Virus record (IMG/VR): IMGVR_UViG_3300025003_000394 | DNA: 64,000 nt | Origin: an uncultured virus (IMG/VR IMGVR_UViG_3300025003_000394) | Taxonomy: Duplodnaviria > Heunggongvirae > Uroviricota > Caudoviricetes | Strand: one strand, 5' to 3' | Shown here: positions 40,602 to 49,664 of the stretch, piece after piece | Layout of the letters: each line of letters begins with the position of its first letter | How positions within the stretch are numbered: the first letter of the stretch is position 1 | Made by a program: the position numbers and the translations under genes | The notes under the pieces: generated by a model | What the model was told of the DNA's origin: nothing | Databases searched by the model: none | Seen by the model: the letters and a program-made list of their open reading frames with translations, nothing else

Positions 40602-41936
40602 ATGAAAAGTCAGTATATAATGCAGAAAAAATTAAATAATGCAATACTTGAAGGAACTGATAATGACGTTAGCTGCTGCCTTAATTTCACAAAAGCTACT
40701 GTAAAGAAGAATAAATATGAGTCATTATATTTGGCTGCTGAAAGAGGTGACGTTGATATTTTTAAGATGTTAATGCATTATAGGCGTGGCGTAATAAAAA
40801 ACTTCGATATAGATAAGTTTGTCGCTATTATATGCGAAAACAATAATGCGGATTTTTTGAAATATATTTTAAAATCACCATTAATAAGCTTAGATATATG
40901 GTATGGGAGAGAGGTTTCTTTGTGTAAGGTGATTTTAAAAAACAAAGATAATCCAAACTTCAGTAATGATATCTTTAATATAATGTTTGACGAAATGGAT
41001 TTAAAATATTTTTCACTAAGAGAGGAAGTTGTCTGTGTAATAATTGATAAATTAGTAAAAAGCAAGGATATCGAGTGTCTACAAAAAGCATCATTTGTGT
41101 TTGGTAAAAATGATTGGTTTTCAGCCGCTGTATTTTCAAGCTGTATTAGGTTAAGAAAAAAAGATTTATTGCTCAATATTATAAATGAAGCTAAAAGTAG
41201 TGTTTTTTATATAGAATTGGTTAGATTAGCAGTTAAAGAAAAAGAGTTTAATTTGGTATTAAAATCTAAAAACAAAGAACAGAATATATTGTTGAAAGAT
41301 CCTCAAACATTTACATTAGCAGCCAATGCAGGAAGTAAAGAATTATTAAGGAAGATATGCAAGATTATATCTAGGGATGCTAAGGCAATGGAGGTAATAA
41401 TTGAAAAACTAGTTGAATTAAAAGATAATGATTTATTGGATTTTATATGGAATGAATTTAATTTTGAAAATAAATTTTTTAGCAAACATGTATTAAATAA
41501 TAGAAAGTTTATAATGGAAGAAGCTATTAGAAAAGATAACTATAATTTATTTAAAAAAATAATTAATAATTGTGTGTGCGGGGATAACAAAGTTAATGCA
41601 AAAATAATACACAGTATAGTAAGGGAGATGATAGATGTTGAGTGCTCAAATAAGTATTTTGATGAAATGATAAAATGCAATGCTTTAAAATTTGATAGAT
41701 CAGACGTTGATTTGCTAATAACATGTGTTGTAAAGGAAGAAGATTATAAGGTTAATAAATTAATTGAAAATGGTTCACTAGTAAAGCATATTAAAGCTGA
41801 GGAATTAAATAAATTAGTTGAGTTAAAAGGAAGTTCTTGCTTAATGAAAATATTAAATAAACTAAAGTTTAGCGATTTTAAATTTGATTATCTTTCACCT
41901 AAATTATTAAGTTTTTGGAAAATAAATAAATTTTAA
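40602..41936 (+). CDS. Ankyrin-like helical repeat protein, KINKF tail
   Basis: LYLAAERGDVDIFKML; paralog of 29861..31231. Confidence 0.7.
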   Translation: MKSQYIMQKKLNNAILEGTDNDVSCCLNFTKATVKKNKYESLYLAAERGDVDIFKMLMHYRRGVIKNFDIDKFVAIICENNNADFLKYILKSPLISLDIWYGREVSLCKVILKNKDNPNFSNDIFNIMFDEMDLKYFSLREEVVCVIIDKLVKSKDIECLQKASFVFGKNDWFSAAVFSSCIRLRKKDLLLNIINEAKSSVFYIELVRLAVKEKEFNLVLKSKNKEQNILLKDPQTFTLAANAGSKELLRKICKIISRDAKAMEVIIEKLVELKDNDLLDFIWNEFNFENKFFSKHVLNNRKFIMEEAIRKDNYNLFKKIINNCVCGDNKVNAKIIHSIVREMIDVECSNKYFDEMIKCNALKFDRSDVDLLITCVVKEEDYKVNKLIENGSLVKHIKAEELNKLVELKGSSCLMKILNKLKFSDFKFDYLSPKLLSFWKINKF

Positions 41937-42005
41937 AACAACAATAAAGTGTTGTTAAATACAAGTATATATTGTATAATTAAGTAAATTAAATTAAGGG
42001 TAAAT

Positions 42006-43109
42006 ATGAAATTACTTTGCATAACATTCGCATTTCTAGCACTAATCTTATTTTCAGGCACAAGCTTTGCTAGTGCTTCATTGGAAGACAACCAATTAAT
42101 CTTAGATGTAATTGAACAACTTGAAGGAGACAACTTTATAAGTAAGGAAGCATCTGAGTTAGCAAAAGAAAAATATGGATTAGATGGAGTGGAAAGAGAG
42201 GGGTTGATATCGAAATATGTCACTTGGTCTAACACTGCTTTTTTAATATCAACTATTTTTGGGTTAATATTTTTTAGTGGAATAATAAAAAAAGTAATAC
42301 TCAGTGGTATATTGATAATATTAGCAATCCCAGAGGTGCTATATCAGTTCTCCTTATTATCTATAACAATAATGATGGCATTGAAACCAGAATGGTTTTC
42401 AATTGAAAACAGTATGTATGTTGGTTTCTTTGGATGTTTTGCAAATATAATTATCGTAGGCTGGTTTTTTAATTCTTATGAATTGGTGTTGAAAACTATT
42501 AGAGATAAAATTCAAGATAAGATCGGCATTAAATTAGGAAGTCTATATTCTCTTAATATGTTTTTGTCTTGTTATTTCTTGTTTTTTACATTATTTTACG
42601 AATCTGTATTTTTGGGATTCTTTTTTGTTGGAACATTAAATTCATTATTTTTATTGATAGCAAGTTCAATAAATAAAAATAAAATTCTTGAAATAATGAT
42701 TTTATTTAATTCATTAGTAATGTTTGGATATTTAGGTATTTCTTCATTGTCATTATCTATTCCTTATATGAATTATTTTATGGTAGGTATTATGTATATA
42801 TTTACCACTTCATTATGTGGCTTACTGTTTTATAAAATTATTGTAGGTGAGGGAGCGAGTAGAAGCCTGTACATTATAGTTAGCTTAATTATTTGCGCAA
42901 TGACTTTCTCAGTAAGTAGTATGTATGGTATAGCGGTGGTTTCAGCAATAACAAATACATACATGTTGTTATTAGTGTTATATCTAATAATTTATGCTTC
43001 GAAAGATTTTGGTTTAACTAAACTTATGGGGATTCTTGCTATTATATTTTATGGTTTAGGCAAATTACTTCAGAATTACTCAGAATACTTTATTACAAAC
43101 TTATTTTAG
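42006..43109 (+). CDS. Polytopic membrane protein with signal peptide
   Basis: N-terminal signal (ASA cleavage-like) and about 10 hydrophobic helices. Confidence 0.7.
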   Translation: MKLLCITFAFLALILFSGTSFASASLEDNQLILDVIEQLEGDNFISKEASELAKEKYGLDGVEREGLISKYVTWSNTAFLISTIFGLIFFSGIIKKVILSGILIILAIPEVLYQFSLLSITIMMALKPEWFSIENSMYVGFFGCFANIIIVGWFFNSYELVLKTIRDKIQDKIGIKLGSLYSLNMFLSCYFLFFTLFYESVFLGFFFVGTLNSLFLLIASSINKNKILEIMILFNSLVMFGYLGISSLSLSIPYMNYFMVGIMYIFTTSLCGLLFYKIIVGEGASRSLYIIVSLIICAMTFSVSSMYGIAVVSAITNTYMLLLVLYLIIYASKDFGLTKLMGILAIIFYGLGKLLQNYSEYFITNLF

Positions 43110-43155
43110 GAATGTGAACGGGAATCCTCGGTAATTTATTGCCGAGAGGAAGTCA
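43104..43155 (+). repeat. Dispersed ~50-bp palindromic repeat, copy C
   Basis: TTTAGGAATGTGAACGGGAATCCTCGGTAATTTATTGCCGAGAGGAAGTCA. Confidence 0.85.
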
Positions 43156-43169
43156 CTCTGGAAGTTATT

Positions 43170-43887
43170 ATGCTTAATGATACAAAGAAAAATTCGATAG
43201 AAATAAAAAAGGTAATTAATCAATACGAAAAACTAAAAGATAGAACGGCATTAATATTGTTGTCGCAAATAACTTTGTCAACAATTTGTGTCGGTTTTAT
43301 GATAAATCATTTTGAGTTAGGTGCGAGATACTTTTTTTTAATTAGTGGTTCAATGTCTATTATTATTGTATTTTTTTCGCTTATGAGATTAAATTTTAAG
43401 TGGATATTTTTAGGAAAAAATAATAAAGATATTATAGATTTAAATTTAGTGGAATTATTTAATCAGGAACACTTTTATAAGGCATCTGACGTAACATTGT
43501 TTATTAAGTCATACAAGTCGTTAAATGAATATCAAAAGTGTTTTATAATGGATAACAAAGGTGATATAAGGGATAAGATTATAGAGGGAGACCTTAATAC
43601 AATATTCTCAAGACTAGTCGTTAAGGAGTTTTTAGAGCAAGATTGTAAAAGTCTTTCATTATTAAATATGTATATAGGGAAAATAAAAAAAATATCTAAA
43701 AGTTTTGATAAAAAAAATAAATATATCTAATAGCTACTTTCAATTAATAGAAAGTTTTATGGATCTTCAAGAAGATTTTGAAGAGTTATTGGTAAAAGAC
43801 TTAGAAAAAGTGATAAAGGCTAATGTAGAATCTAGTAAGCATAGAAAGATCCTCTTAAGTAGGCTAAGTAAAAAAATAAAGGAATAA
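43170..43887 (+). pseudogene. Two-TM protein gene apparently frameshifted at a poly-A tract
   Basis: ORFs 43170..43730 and 43705..43887 overlap across the A8 run at 43710-43717. Confidence 0.5.
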
Positions 43888-43893
43888 TATATT

Positions 43894-44253
43894 ATGTCAA
43901 AAATATTAAAAGAAAAAGATATGGCAAGAAAAATGTGTATTATCGGTGAGTACATTATGTTGAAAGGGGGATTAGATAACATAAAAGAAATTAATGAGTT
44001 TGATAATATTAAATTAGTAAAATTGGGGCAAATTGGGAAAATAATTTCTGAGGAATTCCATTTTAAGATGTGGGTGAATTATGTTTTAAATAAAATTGAA
44101 TTAGTTATTTTTGATGAATTAAGTGACAAGTATGCACAATTTATAAAGATTGACTCAGAAGAAGAATTAAGTGCTAGAAATGCGGAATTGTTAAATATTA
44201 TTAGTAAAATAAAAGTCCCAAATGAGTACTTATGGAAATTAAATGATTTCTAA
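43894..44253 (+). CDS. Hypothetical protein, KLNDF tail
   Basis: AAGGA RBS; family tail. Confidence 0.6.
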   Translation: MSKILKEKDMARKMCIIGEYIMLKGGLDNIKEINEFDNIKLVKLGQIGKIISEEFHFKMWVNYVLNKIELVIFDELSDKYAQFIKIDSEEELSARNAELLNIISKIKVPNEYLWKLNDF

Positions 44254-44413
44254 GTTTTAATGCGCTATATAATGTAAATAAAGGTCGGAACACAATGACC
44301 GATCCGAAAAAATATAAAGAAAGTAAATCTAATCAAACATTTTATAGCATCTATCTAGAGAAAATAAAACATTTTGTAAAACTTGCGATAATGGTATTTT
44401 GAACTCATTAAAC

Positions 44414-44443
44414 TTACCGAGGATTCCCGATCACATTCCTAAA
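44414..44443 (-). repeat. Dispersed palindromic repeat, partial copy D
   Basis: Reverse complement TTTAGGAATGTGATCGGGAATCCTCGGTAA. Confidence 0.8.
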
Positions 44444-44446
44444 TAA

Positions 44447-44716
44447 CTAAACAAGTAATTGTTCTTGTAGGTAGATCTCGACAATATTATTAGGTGTTTC
44501 ATTGACGCCATTAGTTAACATAATGAATATAAGGTGCGCCATATTTTTATAATGTAAAAATACTGTTGTATTTTTTCTTTTATTTAAAAAAAAGCAGAAA
44601 TCTTCTATGTTAATACTATTTTTATTTAATAGAGATTGAAGTTTATTTCCATGAAAAAAAGCCACGGAGCAATTACAAAATCGCTCATCTTCATTGCAAG
44701 TGGTACAAATTATCAT
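44447..44716 (-). CDS. Small Cys-motif hypothetical protein
   Basis: CTTC...FCNC N-terminus; AAGG RBS. Confidence 0.5.
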   Translation of the reverse strand: MIICTTCNEDERFCNCSVAFFHGNKLQSLLNKNSINIEDFCFFLNKRKNTTVFLHYKNMAHLIFIMLTNGVNETPNNIVEIYLQEQLLV

Positions 44717-44891
44717 AATTTTTTTACCTTAAAAATAGTAGTTAAAATAATCCAAAAATGTACGTAATGCCTGATAATTAGGTAGTCGCGAAACATTTTA
44801 TTATTTAATAATACATCAAAAAGTGCAATAAGTCAATTGTTCTTATTGCACTGAAAGTTAATATTAAAGTACTAGTATGTAGTTAGGTAAA

Positions 44892-47660
44892 TTATGTAAT
44901 AATCCTATCTAAATAAAGATTAAAATTAAAATCTTTAATATAATTAAATGCATTAGTATTATGGAAATGCTTTATATGTGTAGTTTCAAAAAGATTCATA
45001 TTATGTTGTTTTTTATGTTCAAGATTTAATTCAGTTAAATGTTGAGTAACTAAATGATTCTCATTGACTTCCATCCATTTTTTTGCTTCAACAAACGTAC
45101 CAATATTTAATTTTTCAGCAATTAAGTTAAGTGTTAATTTTTGATTTGCTGTAATATTGAATATTCTACTTGTGCTTTGAGATATAGAAATATCAAACAT
45201 TGCATTGGCAGCGATGTCCAACGGTGTAATATCCATTGAGAGAGGGATTTTAGTATCTGGTATACTATCAATATTTTTAAATCCTTCAATGCAATTAAGT
45301 AAAAACCCGCTAACTTGTGGGGTGTCTTCGGTAGTGCTTGGAGTAATGAGTCCGAAGCGATAAATATAGATGTTGTTACTGATATTATTTAGTTGTGTAA
45401 GGTAATATTCAGAAAGCCACTTTGTCTGTGCATATCCACTATATAATGTGTGTCCATCATTAGTAATTGGTGCTTCATTGAAGGTGCTGTTATTTAATTG
45501 ATCACTAGATACAAATACTGATAATGTTGAGGCATAATGCAACTCTTTATTTCTTCCTAAAAATACGAAGTCTGCAATATTAATGGTTGATAATACATTG
45601 GCCTCATAAAGTTGTTGGAAGCTAAGAATGTTGTTTACATTAGCAGCACAATGATAGACATGATCAACATTGATTGATAATTCTTGGTATATGTCAGTTG
45701 ATAATCCTAAGTTTATAGCTGAGGTATCCCCTAGTATAATTTTAATTCTAGATAAATCTTCATCATTTATAAGGACGTTGTGTTTTTTTAATGAAAGAGT
45801 GAGTCGTAAATATGCTTCCTCAACATTAACGCCACGAACGAGGCAATAAACAGTGTTAAATTCCTGAGTAAGCTTAGGCAGTAAAGAAGAACCTAATAAT
45901 CCTGTAGAGCCAGTAATGAGTGCAATATTTTTATCTTGTTTATCTAGAACTTGTGTAAGGTGAGGAATAGGCATTTTGCTATATTCTTGAACTAAAAAAT
46001 CAGTATCTATTTTTAATAACTCATTATTAAAATTTAGAATATCTTTTATGGAATTGTTTTCAATAAGGTAGTTATATGGGATATATAAACCAATATTTTG
46101 TAGTGCAAGGTGTAATTCAATAAAATTAATTGAATCAGCGCCTAAATCTTGTATAAAAGAGTCATTAATACTAATAACTAAATTTTGATCATTAAGTATA
46201 GTAGTGAAGATATTTTTAATGGCATTAGCCTCATCATTAAAACTGTTTTGCACTTTAAGTAATTTGCCATCATTTTTGCCCGTAACAGTTTTGGGTATAT
46301 TTTTATTAATAATGAATGAGGGGATCATGTAGCTTGGAATTTTTGTTTTTAAAAAATCTCTAATCTCAACTTCGGTAATCATTCCTTCATAATAGGCGTA
46401 TATTTTTTTATTTTTAAATAAAACGGTGACACTACTAATATCTTGAATTGAGTTAATCGCGCCTTCAATTTCTTCAAGACAGATAAGTTGACCATTATAT
46501 TTAATTTGTCGATCAGCACGTCCTTTAAATTCAATTAAACCATCCTCATTATATGATACTAGATCGCCTGTTTTATATGAAAGCTCACCAAAAAGAGTGA
46601 CAAATTTTTCATTATTCATATTAATATTGTTTAAATAACCATTAGCTAACTGACAGCCTGTAATAATAAGCTCTCCCTTTACATTAATATTATTGGGAGT
46701 AATTTCTTGATTGTTTTGGTTAATAATTTTATATCCAACGTTATTTAATGGTTTGCCGATGAGTGGTTTTGACCATGTATTATCACAGACGATCATGCTT
46801 GTGCAAATAGTTGCCTCGGTAGGCCCGTAAACGTTGATGACTTTAATGCTCTCAGTAAAACGCTGAATCGTATTGTAATCTGCAACTTCACCACCTATAA
46901 TAATAGCCTTAAGTGTTGTAAAATCACTTGGATTGAGTAATTTTAATAAAGCGGGAGGTAGATCTGAATGTGTAATTTCCGCTGCATTAAAATATTGTAA
47001 AAGACCAATGGCGTTATGTTTTAAGCAATCAAAAATACAAAGTTCACTGCTAGATAATAGTGAACAATAAATATCTGATAGTGAAGCATCAAATGATATA
47101 GAGAGGTAGAGGTAAAATTTATTTTTATTAATATCTAATATTTTGATTTGTTGTTCAATAACATTAGAGAGTCCATTAAAAGAAACCTCAACACCTTTTG
47201 GTGTTCCAGTGCTGCCAGAAGTATAAATAACATAGGCTGGCTCATTAGCTTTTTCTGGGTTGGGTTGAGTTGGTTTGGAAGGTGAAAGCATAAGATCTTC
47301 TATATAAAGAACATTAATGTGTTTAGGTATTTTTTTTAAATCCACTTCTTCGTATTTTATTGAAGTGATAATGGTATCAATGCCTGAATCGTGAATAATG
47401 TATTCGAGTCGTTCTTTGGGTGAAATAAGTTCTAGAGGGATGAATGCAGTTTCACTTAATGTAACTGCGAATAATGATAAAATGTATTCTTTTGATTTTT
47501 CAAAAAACAATCCTACGCGATTAAAAGGCTTGACTGCTAAACGAATATTTTCGGAATGTTCCAATAGAAAACCATAGTCCCAAGTTTCATCATGAGATGT
47601 AACTGCGGGAGAATTTGCGTTTAATGTTGCATAATTAAAAAGATTTTTTTTGAATGACAT
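44892..47660 (-). CDS. NRPS-like adenylation-thiolation-thioester reductase (A-T-R) enzyme
   Basis: A domain YVIYTSGSTGTPKGV, SFDAS, NVYGPTE, YKTGDL, PKTVTGK; carrier LGADS; reductase TGSTGLLG, HCAANVN, GYAQTKW. Confidence 0.92.
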   Translation of the reverse strand: MSFKKNLFNYATLNANSPAVTSHDETWDYGFLLEHSENIRLAVKPFNRVGLFFEKSKEYILSLFAVTLSETAFIPLELISPKERLEYIIHDSGIDTIITSIKYEEVDLKKIPKHINVLYIEDLMLSPSKPTQPNPEKANEPAYVIYTSGSTGTPKGVEVSFNGLSNVIEQQIKILDINKNKFYLYLSISFDASLSDIYCSLLSSSELCIFDCLKHNAIGLLQYFNAAEITHSDLPPALLKLLNPSDFTTLKAIIIGGEVADYNTIQRFTESIKVINVYGPTEATICTSMIVCDNTWSKPLIGKPLNNVGYKIINQNNQEITPNNINVKGELIITGCQLANGYLNNINMNNEKFVTLFGELSYKTGDLVSYNEDGLIEFKGRADRQIKYNGQLICLEEIEGAINSIQDISSVTVLFKNKKIYAYYEGMITEVEIRDFLKTKIPSYMIPSFIINKNIPKTVTGKNDGKLLKVQNSFNDEANAIKNIFTTILNDQNLVISINDSFIQDLGADSINFIELHLALQNIGLYIPYNYLIENNSIKDILNFNNELLKIDTDFLVQEYSKMPIPHLTQVLDKQDKNIALITGSTGLLGSSLLPKLTQEFNTVYCLVRGVNVEEAYLRLTLSLKKHNVLINDEDLSRIKIILGDTSAINLGLSTDIYQELSINVDHVYHCAANVNNILSFQQLYEANVLSTINIADFVFLGRNKELHYASTLSVFVSSDQLNNSTFNEAPITNDGHTLYSGYAQTKWLSEYYLTQLNNISNNIYIYRFGLITPSTTEDTPQVSGFLLNCIEGFKNIDSIPDTKIPLSMDITPLDIAANAMFDISISQSTSRIFNITANQKLTLNLIAEKLNIGTFVEAKKWMEVNENHLVTQHLTELNLEHKKQHNMNLFETTHIKHFHNTNAFNYIKDFNFNLYLDRIIT

Positions 47661-47836
47661 AGTTATTTCTCTTTATATTTTAATGAAGTCGATATTTTAG
47701 CGTTTTTTTAATAAAATAGCAAGGAATAAGTCATTTATGATAGAAAAAACAAAGGAAAGGTGACATCATTAGCTTGCATTAATGATATCTATTGTGTACA
47801 ATAAATGATTAAATAAATTTAAAAAGAGAAATAAAT

Positions 47837-48931
47837 ATGTCAAATTATAAACTATTTAAAGATCTTCCTGATGATGTTGATTTTAATTTTGATGAGGGAT
47901 GGGTAATTGGTAAATTTGCACCAATAACCCTAGGGCATATAAATCTTATTAATAAAGCAGCCACAGTTTGTAAAAATGTAAAGGTTGTTTTATGTTATGA
48001 TGATAAGTTTTTGAAAAATCAATCTCCAAGAGATCAAAAAGTGCTAACATATAAAAACAGAATGATGTGGTTGAAACAAACCTTTGCTAATATGCCACAT
48101 ATAGAGGTGACTTCAATTGATGAAACTAATCTTGCACCTTATCCTAATGGTTGGGCGGGATATGTTAATCTACTAAGGGAATTGGTCGGGAATAACATAA
48201 GACCGAATACAGCAGTGTTATCAAGTGAACTGGATTACTCAGAAGGTTATGCAAAATATTTACCAGAGGTTACTCATGTAGTTGTTGATAATGACAGGGA
48301 AGAAATATCTATTAGTGCAACAATGGTAAGAGAGAACCTTTATAAATACTGGGATTTGATTCCATCTTGTGTGCGTAAGTCTTATGCACTTAAAGTGTGT
48401 GTAATAGGTACAGAAAGCTCTGGAAAGAGCACATTAGTAAGGGCAATGGCTAAATTATTTAGTACATCTTGGGTTGAAGAATACGGTCGAGAATATTGTG
48501 AGTCGGAGTTGGGTGGCGATGAATCTTTGTTAACGTCAGTTGATTATGAGAAAATAGCTTATGAGCATAAGACAGAAGAAGAAAAGGCTTGTTTAAGGGC
48601 GAACAAACTCACCTTTATTGACTCCAATGCGTTTGTTACTGAGTTTTACCATAGGTTATATGAAGGGAATAAAAACGAACTAGTATCTAGTATAGCAAGA
48701 AATGAAAAATATGATCTTATTTTGTATCTTACAGATGACACAGTTTGGGTTGACGATGGATTAAGATTAAATGGCGACAAAAGGGGTATAACCAAGAAAT
48801 TATTTGAAGAAATGCTAGAAGAATTTCCAAACCAGAAAGAGAAGTTAGTAATTATATCAGGAAAGAATACTAGAAGGCGTCATGAGTTAGCCTTGTTTGA
48901 GATAAAAAAAATGTTAAAAAACTATATATAA
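47837..48931 (-). other. No minus-strand feature supported here; see the plus-strand NadR-like CDS at the same coordinates
   Basis: No long minus-strand ORF in the ORF track. Confidence 0.05.
47837..48931 (+). CDS. nadR: NadR-like NMN adenylyltransferase / ribosylnicotinamide kinase (no HTH)
   Basis: GKFAPITLGH, YPNGW, ISATMVR, Walker A GTESSGKST, EYGREY, WVDDGLR. Confidence 0.88.
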   Translation: MSNYKLFKDLPDDVDFNFDEGWVIGKFAPITLGHINLINKAATVCKNVKVVLCYDDKFLKNQSPRDQKVLTYKNRMMWLKQTFANMPHIEVTSIDETNLAPYPNGWAGYVNLLRELVGNNIRPNTAVLSSELDYSEGYAKYLPEVTHVVVDNDREEISISATMVRENLYKYWDLIPSCVRKSYALKVCVIGTESSGKSTLVRAMAKLFSTSWVEEYGREYCESELGGDESLLTSVDYEKIAYEHKTEEEKACLRANKLTFIDSNAFVTEFYHRLYEGNKNELVSSIARNEKYDLILYLTDDTVWVDDGLRLNGDKRGITKKLFEEMLEEFPNQKEKLVIISGKNTRRRHELALFEIKKMLKNYI

Positions 48932-48982
48932 TTAAATAATTTTGTGCTGACATAACGGGTATTATTTTTAAGAAACAATAAG

Positions 48983-49007
48983 ACACTCTTTTTAGAGTGT
49001 TTTTTTT
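48983..49007 (+). terminator. Intrinsic terminator after the nadR-like gene
   Basis: ACACTCT-TTTT-AGAGTGT + T-run. Confidence 0.7.
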
Positions 49008-49060
49008 ATTTTAAAAAATATGGTATGATGTAATAATATAAATAAAAGGTATATTAGTAG

Positions 49061-49639
49061 ATGAAAATAACAAAGGAAGGCAACTTTATCCAATTTAAAA
49101 CAGAAAAAGGCGTATTAAATTGTGTTGTAGCAAATGATTTTGATGGGATAGGTAATATTTCAGACATGTGTATACAGAATTCAGATATATCTGAAAATAA
49201 AATAGAGATAATTGCAAATTATTTTACAGAAAAAGGATTAATGGTCGGTTTTTTATCTTCAATTGAAGTAAATGAGGGGTTTAGAGGCCAAGGTGTTGGG
49301 CGAGAACTAATGGATCAATTTAAAGAAAAAATTATGTCTAATACAGATGTTGATTTATTATATGCAAGATCTAATAATGAGCAAGCAGCAGGTTTCATTA
49401 TTGAGGATTTTTACGAAAAATATGGATTTAGATCAATATTATTAGAAGATGGCGATATACTGATGCTCTCAAAAGGGTATGATTTAGTTTTTGAAGAAAT
49501 ATTGGGATTAAAAGAAGAAAGAGAGATGATTGCTGGATTTTTTAATAAGAATGCTCCACAAAACAAAAATCAATTAGATGTCCTTAGTTTTGTAAAAAGA
49601 AAAATGGCTGAAAGTAAAAATAAATTTAAAAAGCCTTAA
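49061..49639 (+). CDS. GNAT-family acetyltransferase
   Basis: IEVNEGFRGQGVGRELM acetyl-CoA motif; FYEKYGF. Confidence 0.85.
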   Translation: MKITKEGNFIQFKTEKGVLNCVVANDFDGIGNISDMCIQNSDISENKIEIIANYFTEKGLMVGFLSSIEVNEGFRGQGVGRELMDQFKEKIMSNTDVDLLYARSNNEQAAGFIIEDFYEKYGFRSILLEDGDILMLSKGYDLVFEEILGLKEEREMIAGFFNKNAPQNKNQLDVLSFVKRKMAESKNKFKKP

Positions 49640-49653
49640 TAGTAAGGCTTTTT
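49628..49653. terminator. Bidirectional terminator
   Basis: AAAAAGCCTTA-ATAG-TAAGGCTTTTT between convergent genes. Confidence 0.65.
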
Positions 49654-49664
49654 AATGAACGTAA

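Noticed and set aside
47837..48931. Any minus-strand feature over the nadR-like gene
   Set aside because: Only the plus-strand CDS is supported; the low-confidence minus-strand entry in the feature list should be disregarded
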